Source of the DNA: a virus
Direction: 5' to 3' (one strand)
IMG/VR virus record: IMGVR_UViG_3300023178_003744
Location: 13,224-77,223 of that record
Length of the DNA: 64,000 nt
Shown: piece after piece, positions 1 to 9,035 of the stretch
Layout: the number at the start of each line of letters is the position of its first letter
Numbering within the stretch: position 1 is the first letter of the stretch
Position numbers and translations under genes: made by a program
The notes under the pieces: generated by a model
The model's database searches: none
Told to the model about the DNA's origin: nothing
The model's input: the letters and a program-made list of their open reading frames with translations, nothing else

Positions 1-1
1 T

Positions 2-55
2 GCCGGCACACGAAAAAGCGTGGTAGCTTGGATTTGCGGTCCGCAATTTAAATAA
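2..55 (+). CDS. C-terminal fragment of a PKHD-type 2OG-Fe(II) oxygenase (truncated by window edge)
   Basis: Frame 2 reads AGTRKSVVAWICGPQFK*, matching the G-x-R-x-S-x-V-x-W-x-x-GP-x-FK terminus of phage PKHD/prolyl-hydroxylase-like oxygenases. Confidence 0.7.
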   Translation, partial: AGTRKSVVAWICGPQFK

Positions 56-67
56 ACTAACCTACAG

Positions 68-130
68 TTATAGCATATCTACGGGATGAATGGGCAATTC
101 GAATGACAATAATAAATCATCAGTAAACAT
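68..130 (-). CDS. Putative 20-aa small peptide MFTDDLLLSFELPIHPVDML
   Basis: ATG at 130 and TAA at 70-68; AAGAGGT SD-like sequence just upstream (140-134); fills the gap after ORF 140..823 on the same strand. Confidence 0.35.
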   Translation of the reverse strand: MFTDDLLLSFELPIHPVDML

Positions 131-139
131 ATGACCTCT

Positions 140-823
140 TTATATTAATACATTTTTTAAATCGTTTATACCATCCGAATGCATTGCTATGAAAAACTGA
201 TAGGTTTCTTTGTCAACACAAGATCTTGCTCCGTGAATTATATTTGTGTCTATAACATATAACCTACCTGCTTCAATTTCAAAATCTTCAAAGTCTTCTA
301 CTTGCGGATTCATGCTTTTAACATCTCGAGGATTAGATCGTCTACGTTGCTTATCAAATTGTATCTTAACTTTATCAGGTTCAGTTGTTCCCCATAGACG
401 TAGTATAGGAGAAGGCATCCATGTGTCTGTATGTGGCCAGAAAAATGATTCTGCATCCCAGCGTAATATTGCACTCCTTACCATGTGCTTCTTAATAGGT
501 TTAAGTACAGCAAATGCACTTTCGTCTAATACTTCTGTTGAGACTGTAGCATCGGCGTCTAGGAAAAATTTTTCTGGGCGAGCACGAATCCATTCATCTA
601 ATGGATAACATATTGGCTCTGGATTGTTAAGCATACTGCCGTTTTGATTTACCAATGGTAAGCCATATCTTGGCAAGTGAGCCTTTTCTTCTCCCCACTT
701 TCTAAAAGCATACTTATACTTTTTCATACATTCATAAAAACTGTCTACATCAAAAACCATGCTAGTTTTTTGTAGTACTGTAGGATGAAAGTCTATATAT
801 TCTTTTTCTTCGAGCATGTTCAT
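140..823 (-). CDS. Aspartyl/asparaginyl beta-hydroxylase-like 2OG-Fe(II) oxygenase
   Basis: HxD (WPHTD) plus distal His (DTNIIHGA) and GRLYVID strand, typical of the cupin/AspH fold. Confidence 0.65.
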   Translation of the reverse strand: MNMLEEKEYIDFHPTVLQKTSMVFDVDSFYECMKKYKYAFRKWGEEKAHLPRYGLPLVNQNGSMLNNPEPICYPLDEWIRARPEKFFLDADATVSTEVLDESAFAVLKPIKKHMVRSAILRWDAESFFWPHTDTWMPSPILRLWGTTEPDKVKIQFDKQRRRSNPRDVKSMNPQVEDFEDFEIEAGRLYVIDTNIIHGARSCVDKETYQFFIAMHSDGINDLKNVLI

Positions 824-1404
824 ATAATTGATGTTACTAAATGTATTCTTGATTCTGTGCTTGCATTAAAAGCAGTATGATACTGAGCTGTATTAGTAAG
901 CCACCAAGTATTAGCAGGCATGTGTACAACTTCGTTTTTTATAACCATTTTGCACCCTATATTAGTTTCTATAGGATAGTGCAATCTTGTATCAGCATCG
1001 TTATGCCAAGTTAAACAGGTTTTAGGCCTCATTAACATCAGTCTCATTCGACCTATTGTAAATTTATCAGATACCGCACGATAAATTTTTTCAAAAACTG
1101 TACCTTTAAATTGACTGCATAGATCAGTAAAATCTTTTTCATTTTTTGGCACTTTATAAGGTTTTGGTACAAATTTAACTGTTTTACCGTTTTCGTCAAA
1201 CACCTCGTGTCCATTTTGCCAATCCCAGATTAAACTGCCGGATCCGTAATGTATATCATCGGGACGATCTTTTGTAGTGTTAAGACAAATTTGACTGTCT
1301 CTTTTTTCCCATGATATTATTTCATTATCTATTAAATTGTCTAATTCTTCTGTAACATCTAGTACAGGTAAATCAGTTAGGTTTTTAAAAAATTTATATT
1401 TCAT
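820..1404 (-). CDS. Aspartyl/asparaginyl beta-hydroxylase-like 2OG-Fe(II) oxygenase
   Basis: GRMRLM..P..CLTWHND...RLHYPI.TN ... NT..YHTAFN.S...RIHLV, the AspH-family pattern. Confidence 0.8.
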   Translation of the reverse strand: MKYKFFKNLTDLPVLDVTEELDNLIDNEIISWEKRDSQICLNTTKDRPDDIHYGSGSLIWDWQNGHEVFDENGKTVKFVPKPYKVPKNEKDFTDLCSQFKGTVFEKIYRAVSDKFTIGRMRLMLMRPKTCLTWHNDADTRLHYPIETNIGCKMVIKNEVVHMPANTWWLTNTAQYHTAFNASTESRIHLVTSII

Positions 1405-1415
1405 ACTAAAATTAT

Positions 1416-2528
1416 TTATTTCTTGCGTTTGGGTATCTTGCTATCAGCTGAACTAACACAACTTTCAGTAATACAAGGTTTTGCACTATCAAAAAGTTTA
1501 AATCCAGTTTCTATATTGCCCAGGGGAGCATCATGACAGCTGTAGCTGCGCTTTACACTACCGTCAGGTTCTCTAATAATAATACCGCTATAGCCAGCAT
1601 TGCAGCTCCATCCTTTAAATTTATTGAAATCAAATGCATTAAATCTTTCAGCTTGATCCATATACCATTTTTTACCTTTGGAATCTGTAAATTCTACTTG
1701 CATATGCCACGGTACACTTTTATCATTTTCGCCTATTGCATATGAAGGTAGTTCGAAATTAGGTTTAGGTCTATTAGCCCACTTGCGCTTTACTTCAGTG
1801 TATGCCATTTGCGGCATACCGTTCCAAAGCCGCTTTAAGTCTTCTTCTTTGTAACCTTCGACCACACGTGATGCAGTAGGATCTGATTGTGGTTTAAGGG
1901 TAACATTGATTCCTTGTTCGTGGAAGAACAGTGCGTTTTCCCAGTCCCTTTCAAACCATTCTGGAACCATAACCATGTTAATAGTAACTTGGACATCGTG
2001 TTCTTGACACAGTACAAGCTTATTAGCAAAGTCCTGCATCTTCTCGCGGGTATTTAGATGCTCTGTATGTAAACTAGCAGTAATACTAGCACGGTGGAAC
2101 GGCTTTGCGTATTCTACATATGTCTCAAACCACTTCATAGGTCGAGAGCAGTTTGACGTCATATGAATACTTGTGTAATTAGTGTTATCAACGTCGTCAG
2201 CGAGATATTTAAGTATGTCAAGATAACCGGGATGAAAAGTAGGTTCACCCCCACTAAGGCTGAAATGAAAGCTATTAAATCCATTGCCCCGAGCTTGTCG
2301 TTTAATTTCATCTATTGTCCTCAAGCATAGTTTAGTCGGTCTGTGATCTTTTTTATCACTGCGAGCATAAGGCCAGCAGTAACTACAACGATAGTTACAG
2401 AAGCGTCCTAGTAACCAGCTTACTGTGAACAAGTCTCTGTATAGTAAAGTACGCTGCCCTACTTGTATTATATCATCAAATGGTATTTTTGTAAAGTCGT
2501 AATCTGACCATTTTAAATCTTCGGACAT
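1416..2528 (-). CDS. Radical SAM protein with C-terminal Cys-rich (SPASM/twitch-like) region
   Basis: CNYRCSYC, SGGEPT, C-terminal WSCNAG...SC...C...C. Confidence 0.9.
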   Translation of the reverse strand: MSEDLKWSDYDFTKIPFDDIIQVGQRTLLYRDLFTVSWLLGRFCNYRCSYCWPYARSDKKDHRPTKLCLRTIDEIKRQARGNGFNSFHFSLSGGEPTFHPGYLDILKYLADDVDNTNYTSIHMTSNCSRPMKWFETYVEYAKPFHRASITASLHTEHLNTREKMQDFANKLVLCQEHDVQVTINMVMVPEWFERDWENALFFHEQGINVTLKPQSDPTASRVVEGYKEEDLKRLWNGMPQMAYTEVKRKWANRPKPNFELPSYAIGENDKSVPWHMQVEFTDSKGKKWYMDQAERFNAFDFNKFKGWSCNAGYSGIIIREPDGSVKRSYSCHDAPLGNIETGFKLFDSAKPCITESCVSSADSKIPKRKK

Positions 2529-2539
2529 GAAAATACTTA
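2529..2539 (-). promoter_or_regulatory. Late-promoter-like TAAGTA box 5 nt before the ATG at 2528
   Basis: Minus strand reads TAAGTA-TTTTC-ATG, the same geometry as the TAAATA-N5-ATG sites elsewhere in the window. Confidence 0.4.
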
Positions 2540-3187
2540 TCCAGTAATTAAATTCCTAATATATTTTGCTTGCCATTTTAATCCTTCTTCACCAAAATGG
2601 GCACCTTTGTCAACTATATATTCGTGAAATAAATCATCACCTAATACCTCTTCAATACACAGTACATTATGATCATAGTATTTTTTATATGTACTATATC
2701 CCCCAAATGTTTGGAAAAATGTTAAATTAAAATTATTTCTTATTGCTTCGAAAGTATTACTGAATTCTAATTCACTTTCTATTGTAGGAATTATTTTTAA
2801 CCTGCTTTTGTAAAAATTCCTAATTTTCAACGGTCCTTTACTTGTAAGTTTTGGTTGATAAGTTATTGCATGAGATTCACGATCAAGCCAAAGCCCCCAA
2901 TAATTTGACAATTCCTTTTTTAAATATTGCATTGGATCTATTATTTCGGGCATGTAGGTCCATCTCCATGCAGTCGTTCCCTGAAAAATGTGATATGTAG
3001 GTTCGTTAATTTTTTTTGATAAATGCATTATCAAAGCTGAAGAAAAATGTATGCTAGAGCCAGCATAAGAAAAATTATAAATTTTCCAAGATGGTTCTAA
3101 TAAAGCTAACTGTTTTGGCCAATTATCAAAATTATTAATGTGCGGTTGGCCCCAACTCCAACTACAACCATAAACATGTATTCTCAT
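2537..3187 (-). CDS. SGNH/GDSL-like hydrolase or acyltransferase
   Basis: N-terminal YGCSWSWG (GDS-like block I), NFSYAGSS (block II), C-terminal DKGAHFG (catalytic His block). Confidence 0.55.
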   Translation of the reverse strand: MRIHVYGCSWSWGQPHINNFDNWPKQLALLEPSWKIYNFSYAGSSIHFSSALIMHLSKKINEPTYHIFQGTTAWRWTYMPEIIDPMQYLKKELSNYWGLWLDRESHAITYQPKLTSKGPLKIRNFYKSRLKIIPTIESELEFSNTFEAIRNNFNLTFFQTFGGYSTYKKYYDHNVLCIEEVLGDDLFHEYIVDKGAHFGEEGLKWQAKYIRNLITG

Positions 3188-3903
3188 TACTTTCCTTTTT
3201 TAGGTATCAGTATGAAAGATGATATTTCTACGTTTTTTACAAATTGATACTTGTGCTGAGCACAAAATTGTCTTATATACGGAGTATCAATTTCTCTAAT
3301 AGGATTATCATTCAAGTGTTCAAATTGTATCAACGGTCTCCACTTTTCAATAAGTTTGTTTGCTCCTTTAATGATAGCAATATCACTACTTTCAGCATCA
3401 ATTTTTATAAAGGACAAATCTTCAATTTTTTCTAAAAATACATTGTCGAGTGTAGAAGATTGCATTTCAATAGTAAACCAATTTGGTAATATTTGTTTCT
3501 TAACATTGTTATTCACATCGTGTGGAAGAAGTGGTGAGAGCAACGGCGTGTGCAAAACCGTATTGTGTTTTGCATCATCTTCTACCATATCAAAATACCG
3601 TGTAGAATAACCTATATCTTGATTACTGCAATGAAATTGTACAGTTTCTTGCTTATCTGATAAAAAATAATGATAAGCTTCTAAATTATTTAATTTTTTA
3701 TTTTTGATGTCTTGCATGATTAGTTCATAACTACTCTCATGCGCATCTATAGCGTATACTGTTTTAAATAATTTTGTATATTCTAAAGTATTATGGGTAC
3801 ACTTGCCAATTCCAACTTCAATAGCTGTGCTATTTTCATGCAAAAGTCTTTTTGAAATTAATGTACCTATACCTGTATAATGAAATAATGTATTACGATC
3901 CAC
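3187..3903 (-). CDS. FkbM-family SAM-dependent methyltransferase (likely GTG start at 3903; ORF open to 3951)
   Basis: AIEVGIG motif I, VYAIDA, TLD...FIKIDAES.D..IIKGA..LI.K.RP.I.FE, characteristic of FkbM. Confidence 0.8.
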   Translation of the reverse strand: MDRNTLFHYTGIGTLISKRLLHENSTAIEVGIGKCTHNTLEYTKLFKTVYAIDAHESSYELIMQDIKNKKLNNLEAYHYFLSDKQETVQFHCSNQDIGYSTRYFDMVEDDAKHNTVLHTPLLSPLLPHDVNNNVKKQILPNWFTIEMQSSTLDNVFLEKIEDLSFIKIDAESSDIAIIKGANKLIEKWRPLIQFEHLNDNPIREIDTPYIRQFCAQHKYQFVKNVEISSFILIPKKGK

Positions 3904-5041
3904 TTGATATCCACTTATAAAGTTCGGGATTAAGTGCACGCCAATGTTCATTTCTTATTTTATTCATTATTGAATCCATATAATGAAATTTTCGTATATC
4001 ACCCGTTTGATTTATCTCATTTTGTAAAAGTTTAAAAAATACTTTATATGGTTTATATTTATTTTTCAACAACCAATTGTTTATTTTTTTCTTAAGGCTA
4101 TTTTTTGCTTGATCAGGCAGATTACGTATTTGCATGTAATTTGGTCCGCTTATTAACGAATAACGATGATCAAACTTATTAGTAATACAATAGTCCATTA
4201 ATCTATCAACTATATTAACGTTATATATACTTGCAACACTTTGTATACTTAATTGATCAAAATTTTTGTTAAACCATTCTATAGTTGCTGTTGTGTTCTT
4301 CCATGTTGACCCTTTACGTAAAAAATCGTTCATCTTGCCATAAGAGTCTACGCTTAATGCAATAGATACAGATTTACATTGCTTAAGTATACCTATTAAT
4401 TTATTGTTAGGTATGGTTGTTGCATTGGTGACTAAATGAATAGTTAAATTTTTAGTGTCGCATTTTTCTATAAGACTTATCATTTTATCTTGCTCTAATA
4501 GAGGTTCACCGCCTAAAAACTTAATATGCTGTACTCGAGAAAAATCACCTTTATCTAAAAAATTATTATTTACTACACCTTTATATGTATCAAAAGGAAA
4601 ACTCTTGTCTTTTTTGCTTGCCATTTGTTCTAATTTTTTTGCATCAGTGTACCAATTGGTGCTTAACGACGGGCCGCACATTCTGCATTTATTGTTACAT
4701 AAATTACTAAACGCAATGTCTAAAAAACTTATATACGGATCTGTATGTTCTCTCAAGCTAATTGTACCAAGATAATCTTGTACACTCGGTTCTAGTACAT
4801 CAGTTCTATAACTTTTATTTGCAATTTTTTCTTCTTGATAACATCGTGTGCAACCTGGATGAGCTTCGTCTTTTTTGCATTTATCTCGTAAGTTCTCTAA
4901 ATACTTATCATTAAAAACATTAGGGTTTGATATGTTTATTGACTTCGGTTTATCAACATCATAAAATACACAACATGGTGAAATTTCTCCATCGGGACGT
5001 ATAAATAGAGCGTTTAAGGGCAAAGGGCATCCAAATTTCAT
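3893..5041 (-). CDS. Radical SAM protein with N-terminal twitch/SPASM-like domain
   Basis: CPLP...DGEISPCC...CTRC, then CNNKCRMC and LGGEPL. Confidence 0.9.
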   Translation of the reverse strand: MKFGCPLPLNALFIRPDGEISPCCVFYDVDKPKSINISNPNVFNDKYLENLRDKCKKDEAHPGCTRCYQEEKIANKSYRTDVLEPSVQDYLGTISLREHTDPYISFLDIAFSNLCNNKCRMCGPSLSTNWYTDAKKLEQMASKKDKSFPFDTYKGVVNNNFLDKGDFSRVQHIKFLGGEPLLEQDKMISLIEKCDTKNLTIHLVTNATTIPNNKLIGILKQCKSVSIALSVDSYGKMNDFLRKGSTWKNTTATIEWFNKNFDQLSIQSVASIYNVNIVDRLMDYCITNKFDHRYSLISGPNYMQIRNLPDQAKNSLKKKINNWLLKNKYKPYKVFFKLLQNEINQTGDIRKFHYMDSIMNKIRNEHWRALNPELYKWISSGS

Positions 5042-5053
5042 AAATATATTTAT
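5040..5053. promoter_or_regulatory. Palindromic bidirectional late-promoter-like element ATAAATATATTTAT
   Basis: Perfect 14-bp palindrome with TAAATA on both strands, between divergent genes 3893..5041(-) and 5067..5666(+). Confidence 0.6.
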
Positions 5054-5066
5054 TATAGGAAAATAT

Positions 5067-5666
5067 ATGTTGTTGAAAAAATATGCAGAAACTGCTGAAC
5101 GTTGTCAGCGCAATTATGATATAACGCAGCTATTACCTAAAGAGCATGTAGATTATATTTTATCAGTTTGCACAACTATGCCATCAAAAAATAATAAAAA
5201 TTTGTATAGACTTTTGGCTATACAAAATACAAGCATTTCTAAAAAAATATATATAAAAGGGGCATGGGCAGCTGGCGATCTCAAATTAAAAGAAGTTCCT
5301 AATCAATATAGAAATGGCCAAGTATACGCACCATTATTACTAATTTGGGACGGGTCTATTTGTCCTGAAGGCAGGAATAGTAGAGAAGATCATCTTATGG
5401 CTGTAGGTATTTCTAGTGGTGCTGCTGCATTAGCAGCAGCAGAGCTTGGGTATAAGACCGGTTTCTGTGTATGTTTCGAAGAGAAAAAAGTTGAAGGTGT
5501 TTTGAATAAACATATAGGTCAAACTTTAAATTTAAAAATTACACTTATGTTAGGTATAGGTTTACCAGACAGCCGATTTGATCGTACAGAATGTGTTTTA
5601 AACGATAAAGTTGTCTATACATGTGGTTCTTTTAACAAGACCACACCTATTTTAGAAATACATTAA
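5067..5666 (+). CDS. Nitroreductase-family flavoprotein
   Basis: RCQRNYD, MPSKNN, AVGISSGAAALAAAELGYKTGFC and LMLGIG motifs. Confidence 0.8.
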   Translation: MLLKKYAETAERCQRNYDITQLLPKEHVDYILSVCTTMPSKNNKNLYRLLAIQNTSISKKIYIKGAWAAGDLKLKEVPNQYRNGQVYAPLLLIWDGSICPEGRNSREDHLMAVGISSGAAALAAAELGYKTGFCVCFEEKKVEGVLNKHIGQTLNLKITLMLGIGLPDSRFDRTECVLNDKVVYTCGSFNKTTPILEIH

Positions 5667-6865
5667 CCAAATACCTTCATGTCAGTTAAATGACTAGGTA
5701 GTATGTCAAACAACTGCTGTTTTTCAGTAGCTTTAGGCACGCATAGACCACAACCACAGTGCTTTCCAGGACCTAACGGGCATTGAATTACTGGCATTGT
5801 ATTATTTTCTATATTACTTCGTAAATTTTCTAGAATTTTTCTATTTTCAGTAATTGATCCGATTGGGCCTCGAGTACCGTCAAATCTTGCTTGGCAAGTT
5901 TGATGATGCCAAATAGTATCTGTTTGTTGTTCTATATGCAAAAAGAACCAATTTACACTGCAATGCCAATTTCTAAATTTAGCAAACTCTAAAAATTGAC
6001 TCTTTTTCCATTCGCCGTCATTGCTACAAACTTCCATTGTTCTACTACCACAGCAAGGCCTTCCTAATTCTCTTGCAAGTTTTTTCTCTTGTGATTTTTC
6101 AGTTTGAACTGCACTAGCTTCATGAGATACTTTTGCTTCTTTTGCTACTTTAGACTCATTCAATTTAGCATTTTTATTGGCCCAATACTCTTTAAACCAA
6201 GAAAGTTGTTCGTCGGTATATCTATGAGCAAAGCTGTTATGACTGTCTTCATGTTCACCGATTAATCTGGGAACAAATCCTATGCCGTCTCGATCTAATT
6301 GTAAACATAAATCTTTGCATTCTTCAAAATACTCTGCATGGAACATAACATTGGTTTTCAATGGAAATTTCTTTTCAGTAAGATAATAAATGTTATCTAC
6401 TACTTGTTTTTTAAGCTTTTGATGAGCTTCGGCGTGATAGCTTATTGTAATAAAACCATAGTTTTCGATTATGCTGTCAGCCATTTTCCTACTAAAAGCT
6501 CCGTTACTTGTAATAGTAAGGTTAAGCATAAATTTTTTCTTATACTTTTCTTTGTAAGTTTCTTTTAGCCATTCTCCAAACTTTAAAAAGTTTGGATTTA
6601 CTGTAGGTTCACCTCCAGTAAAATTTAAATTTAAGCGTTTATTAGTTTTGTATCGTGTTAGGAGTTCGCCGTATTCAAATACAAAATTAGCAGTATCTTG
6701 CAGTGTTTCTAAACTTGCATGAGGTGAAAAATTATCATGTCTATGTGCCGGACAATAAGTGCAGTCATAATTACAACGACGGCCTACATCCCAAGTCACA
6801 GTTAAATTGTGTCCATCTAACAAATTTACTGCTTTAAAATCAGTTTTTTCAATTGTTTCGGTCAT
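5663..6865 (-). CDS. Radical SAM protein with C-terminal Cys-rich region
   Basis: CNYDCTYC, TGGEPT, PCCG...WHCSV...TC...C...CGCGLC. Confidence 0.9.
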   Translation of the reverse strand: MTETIEKTDFKAVNLLDGHNLTVTWDVGRRCNYDCTYCPAHRHDNFSPHASLETLQDTANFVFEYGELLTRYKTNKRLNLNFTGGEPTVNPNFLKFGEWLKETYKEKYKKKFMLNLTITSNGAFSRKMADSIIENYGFITISYHAEAHQKLKKQVVDNIYYLTEKKFPLKTNVMFHAEYFEECKDLCLQLDRDGIGFVPRLIGEHEDSHNSFAHRYTDEQLSWFKEYWANKNAKLNESKVAKEAKVSHEASAVQTEKSQEKKLARELGRPCCGSRTMEVCSNDGEWKKSQFLEFAKFRNWHCSVNWFFLHIEQQTDTIWHHQTCQARFDGTRGPIGSITENRKILENLRSNIENNTMPVIQCPLGPGKHCGCGLCVPKATEKQQLFDILPSHLTDMKVFG

Positions 6866-8175
6866 ATCATATACTTTTCTAAGTTAGGGCATACTTCTGC
6901 TATGCTTTCATTGCGCATAGTGTCTAATTTTTTAGTGTAGCTGCAAAATTCTTGCCAGTGATCATTATAGTAACTTTCACTATTCATATATTTACATACT
7001 CCGTTTACAATTCTATGAGCATGTTCTACAACGTGTTTTTCAAAATTATTTTCTTCAATCCACGTAAGAAAATCATTAAAACGTTCTGTAAGTCTTGCTT
7101 TTTCTTCGTTCGGTAACACTCTTATATTTAAATGCTTTGGGTGATGTGCTACATGATGAGTAATTATAGGTTTACCTCTAGTACTGTTTATTTTTTTAAA
7201 ACCACTTTCTGTAAGTTTCCATTTCATAAAATCAATCATATGATCCACAGTATAAGCTGTTACAGTAAACGCTAGCCAACTTCTAACATTTCCTGCCATA
7301 TTGTCTAATGTTTGTAAATTTTTTAAAGTTTTGAGCCATTTTGCTGGATGCCGTTGGTATTCAAAAACTTTATCCATTCCATCTATACTTGCACCTATCT
7401 TAACTGATTTAAACCATTCCCATAACTTTTTAACTCGTGATGGTAATGTACTCATATTTGTGTTGTACTCTACAGAAATATTTTTAGCGTAATCATTTTG
7501 TACACAGTATTCTAAGAAATCATAATGGCGCTCAATTAGCATAGGTTCGCCGCCTGCAAAATATACATGCTCTATAGTATTTGCATTTTTTTCTAATTGT
7601 TGCCAAAAAGGTTCATAATTAGGCCAGTCAAATTCTTTCGCATGCAACCCTTTACTGGTATTTTCAATTGTAATATTTCCGCTACTATCTTTAAAAGTAT
7701 TTGATCCAGTTAATTTTATCCAATCTTCATACCAAGCACTACTATCAGTAGGTCCACACATTCTACATTTTAAATTACAAAAATTACCAAATCGTATATC
7801 ATAATGGCGTACTGGCACTAACTCTGTGTTTATATTACCGTCTTGATCAGTATCAGCTTTAGCCTGCTCTAGTGTATAGTCCCATTGTTTTAGTTCTTCT
7901 GTACGCCTGCTATGTAAGCCGTTGGATTCTTCTGTTAAACACCGGCCGCACTCTTGACTCCATTGATTATTAAGCATATTAATGCGCATAGCACGCATTA
8001 ACTTAGAATTTCTACTATCGTCTAAGCTATCAAATCCAGCATTGTAAGCTGACCCATCTTGTTTACGCAAAACACCTTTATTAGGTGTTACGTTAGCTTG
8101 ACAGCAAACTCTTACATCGCCATTAGCTCGTACTGCTTGAAAAATCCAAGGTATAGGGCAAAAAGTGTTTGACAT
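6862..8175 (-). CDS. Radical SAM protein with N-terminal twitch domain
   Basis: FCPIPW...GDVRVCC...CGRC; CNLKCRMC; AGGEPM. Confidence 0.9.
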   Translation of the reverse strand: MSNTFCPIPWIFQAVRANGDVRVCCQANVTPNKGVLRKQDGSAYNAGFDSLDDSRNSKLMRAMRINMLNNQWSQECGRCLTEESNGLHSRRTEELKQWDYTLEQAKADTDQDGNINTELVPVRHYDIRFGNFCNLKCRMCGPTDSSAWYEDWIKLTGSNTFKDSSGNITIENTSKGLHAKEFDWPNYEPFWQQLEKNANTIEHVYFAGGEPMLIERHYDFLEYCVQNDYAKNISVEYNTNMSTLPSRVKKLWEWFKSVKIGASIDGMDKVFEYQRHPAKWLKTLKNLQTLDNMAGNVRSWLAFTVTAYTVDHMIDFMKWKLTESGFKKINSTRGKPIITHHVAHHPKHLNIRVLPNEEKARLTERFNDFLTWIEENNFEKHVVEHAHRIVNGVCKYMNSESYYNDHWQEFCSYTKKLDTMRNESIAEVCPNLEKYMI

Positions 8176-9035
8176 TATTTTATCTTTAACTTCTTCTTTG
8201 CAGAGTCAATTGCCCATTTGCGTTCTGCACACCAATAACAACAGCCTTTTTCTAAATCATCTGTCAAATCTAAACATTCTATTAAAGGACTTTTACCGTG
8301 TTTATACGTAGTATAATCTTCAAACTGAGATAGTAATAATTTATCACCTTCGCAGCTTCTTGTAGTAGCAAGTAAATCTTCCCATCCATTTTTATAATAC
8401 TGTCCTATTACAAAATCTTTAGAAAGTAATCTCCACGGCAAAACCGTACGCTTGTCATTGTTAAGATGCCATTGCGGACAGTCAAGTTCCCTCATAACTT
8501 TTTTCCAAGTCCACTTTCTGTCCCAAGGTTCACCCCTATGCTTAAACTTTTCATCTATAGGATTATTTGTTATAAATCCATAAACTGCATCTATATCATA
8601 CCTGTGCTGCACGTAGCTATTAAAACTGTTTGTGCAAATTCTATCACCAGATTTGTCTAGCTGCGCTATTTTTCCTATTGCACCGTCTTCGAGTTCAGGC
8701 GGAATAAAGTTTTCTAATCTTGTCATTTTAATATTAGGAAACATCGACTGTAATTTTTCAAAAACTTCTACACTAATAGGTGCTGCCCAGGGCCTATTAT
8801 TCCATACTCTTACATTAGAAATAACAATTAATTCTGCATTAGACTTGGTTTTTTCAATAAAAGAACATAAAGTAGCTGTACCACAAGCACTATCCGCACC
8901 TCCGCTCACATTTACTGCTATTTTTTTCCATGTAGGATCAAATGGAAACACCGTATTATCTAAGGGCTGTAAAATGTTTTTAGGTACTTTCCAGTAATTA
9001 TAACTTTTATTATTCAATTCTACATTAAATTTCAT
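8175..9035 (-). CDS. QueC-like PP-loop ATPase (adenine nucleotide alpha hydrolase)
   Basis: VSGGADS PP-loop; TRSCE...CCYWCAER Zn-binding-like C-terminus. Confidence 0.75.
   Translation of the reverse strand: MKFNVELNNKSYNYWKVPKNILQPLDNTVFPFDPTWKKIAVNVSGGADSACGTATLCSFIEKTKSNAELIVISNVRVWNNRPWAAPISVEVFEKLQSMFPNIKMTRLENFIPPELEDGAIGKIAQLDKSGDRICTNSFNSYVQHRYDIDAVYGFITNNPIDEKFKHRGEPWDRKWTWKKVMRELDCPQWHLNNDKRTVLPWRLLSKDFVIGQYYKNGWEDLLATTRSCEGDKLLLSQFEDYTTYKHGKSPLIECLDLTDDLEKGCCYWCAERKWAIDSAKKKLKIK

Noticed and set aside
3904-3951. ORF-track N-terminal extensions (3951, 19179, 23939)
   Set aside because: They create long overlaps; downstream starts at 3903, 19134 and about 23921 give normal translational coupling
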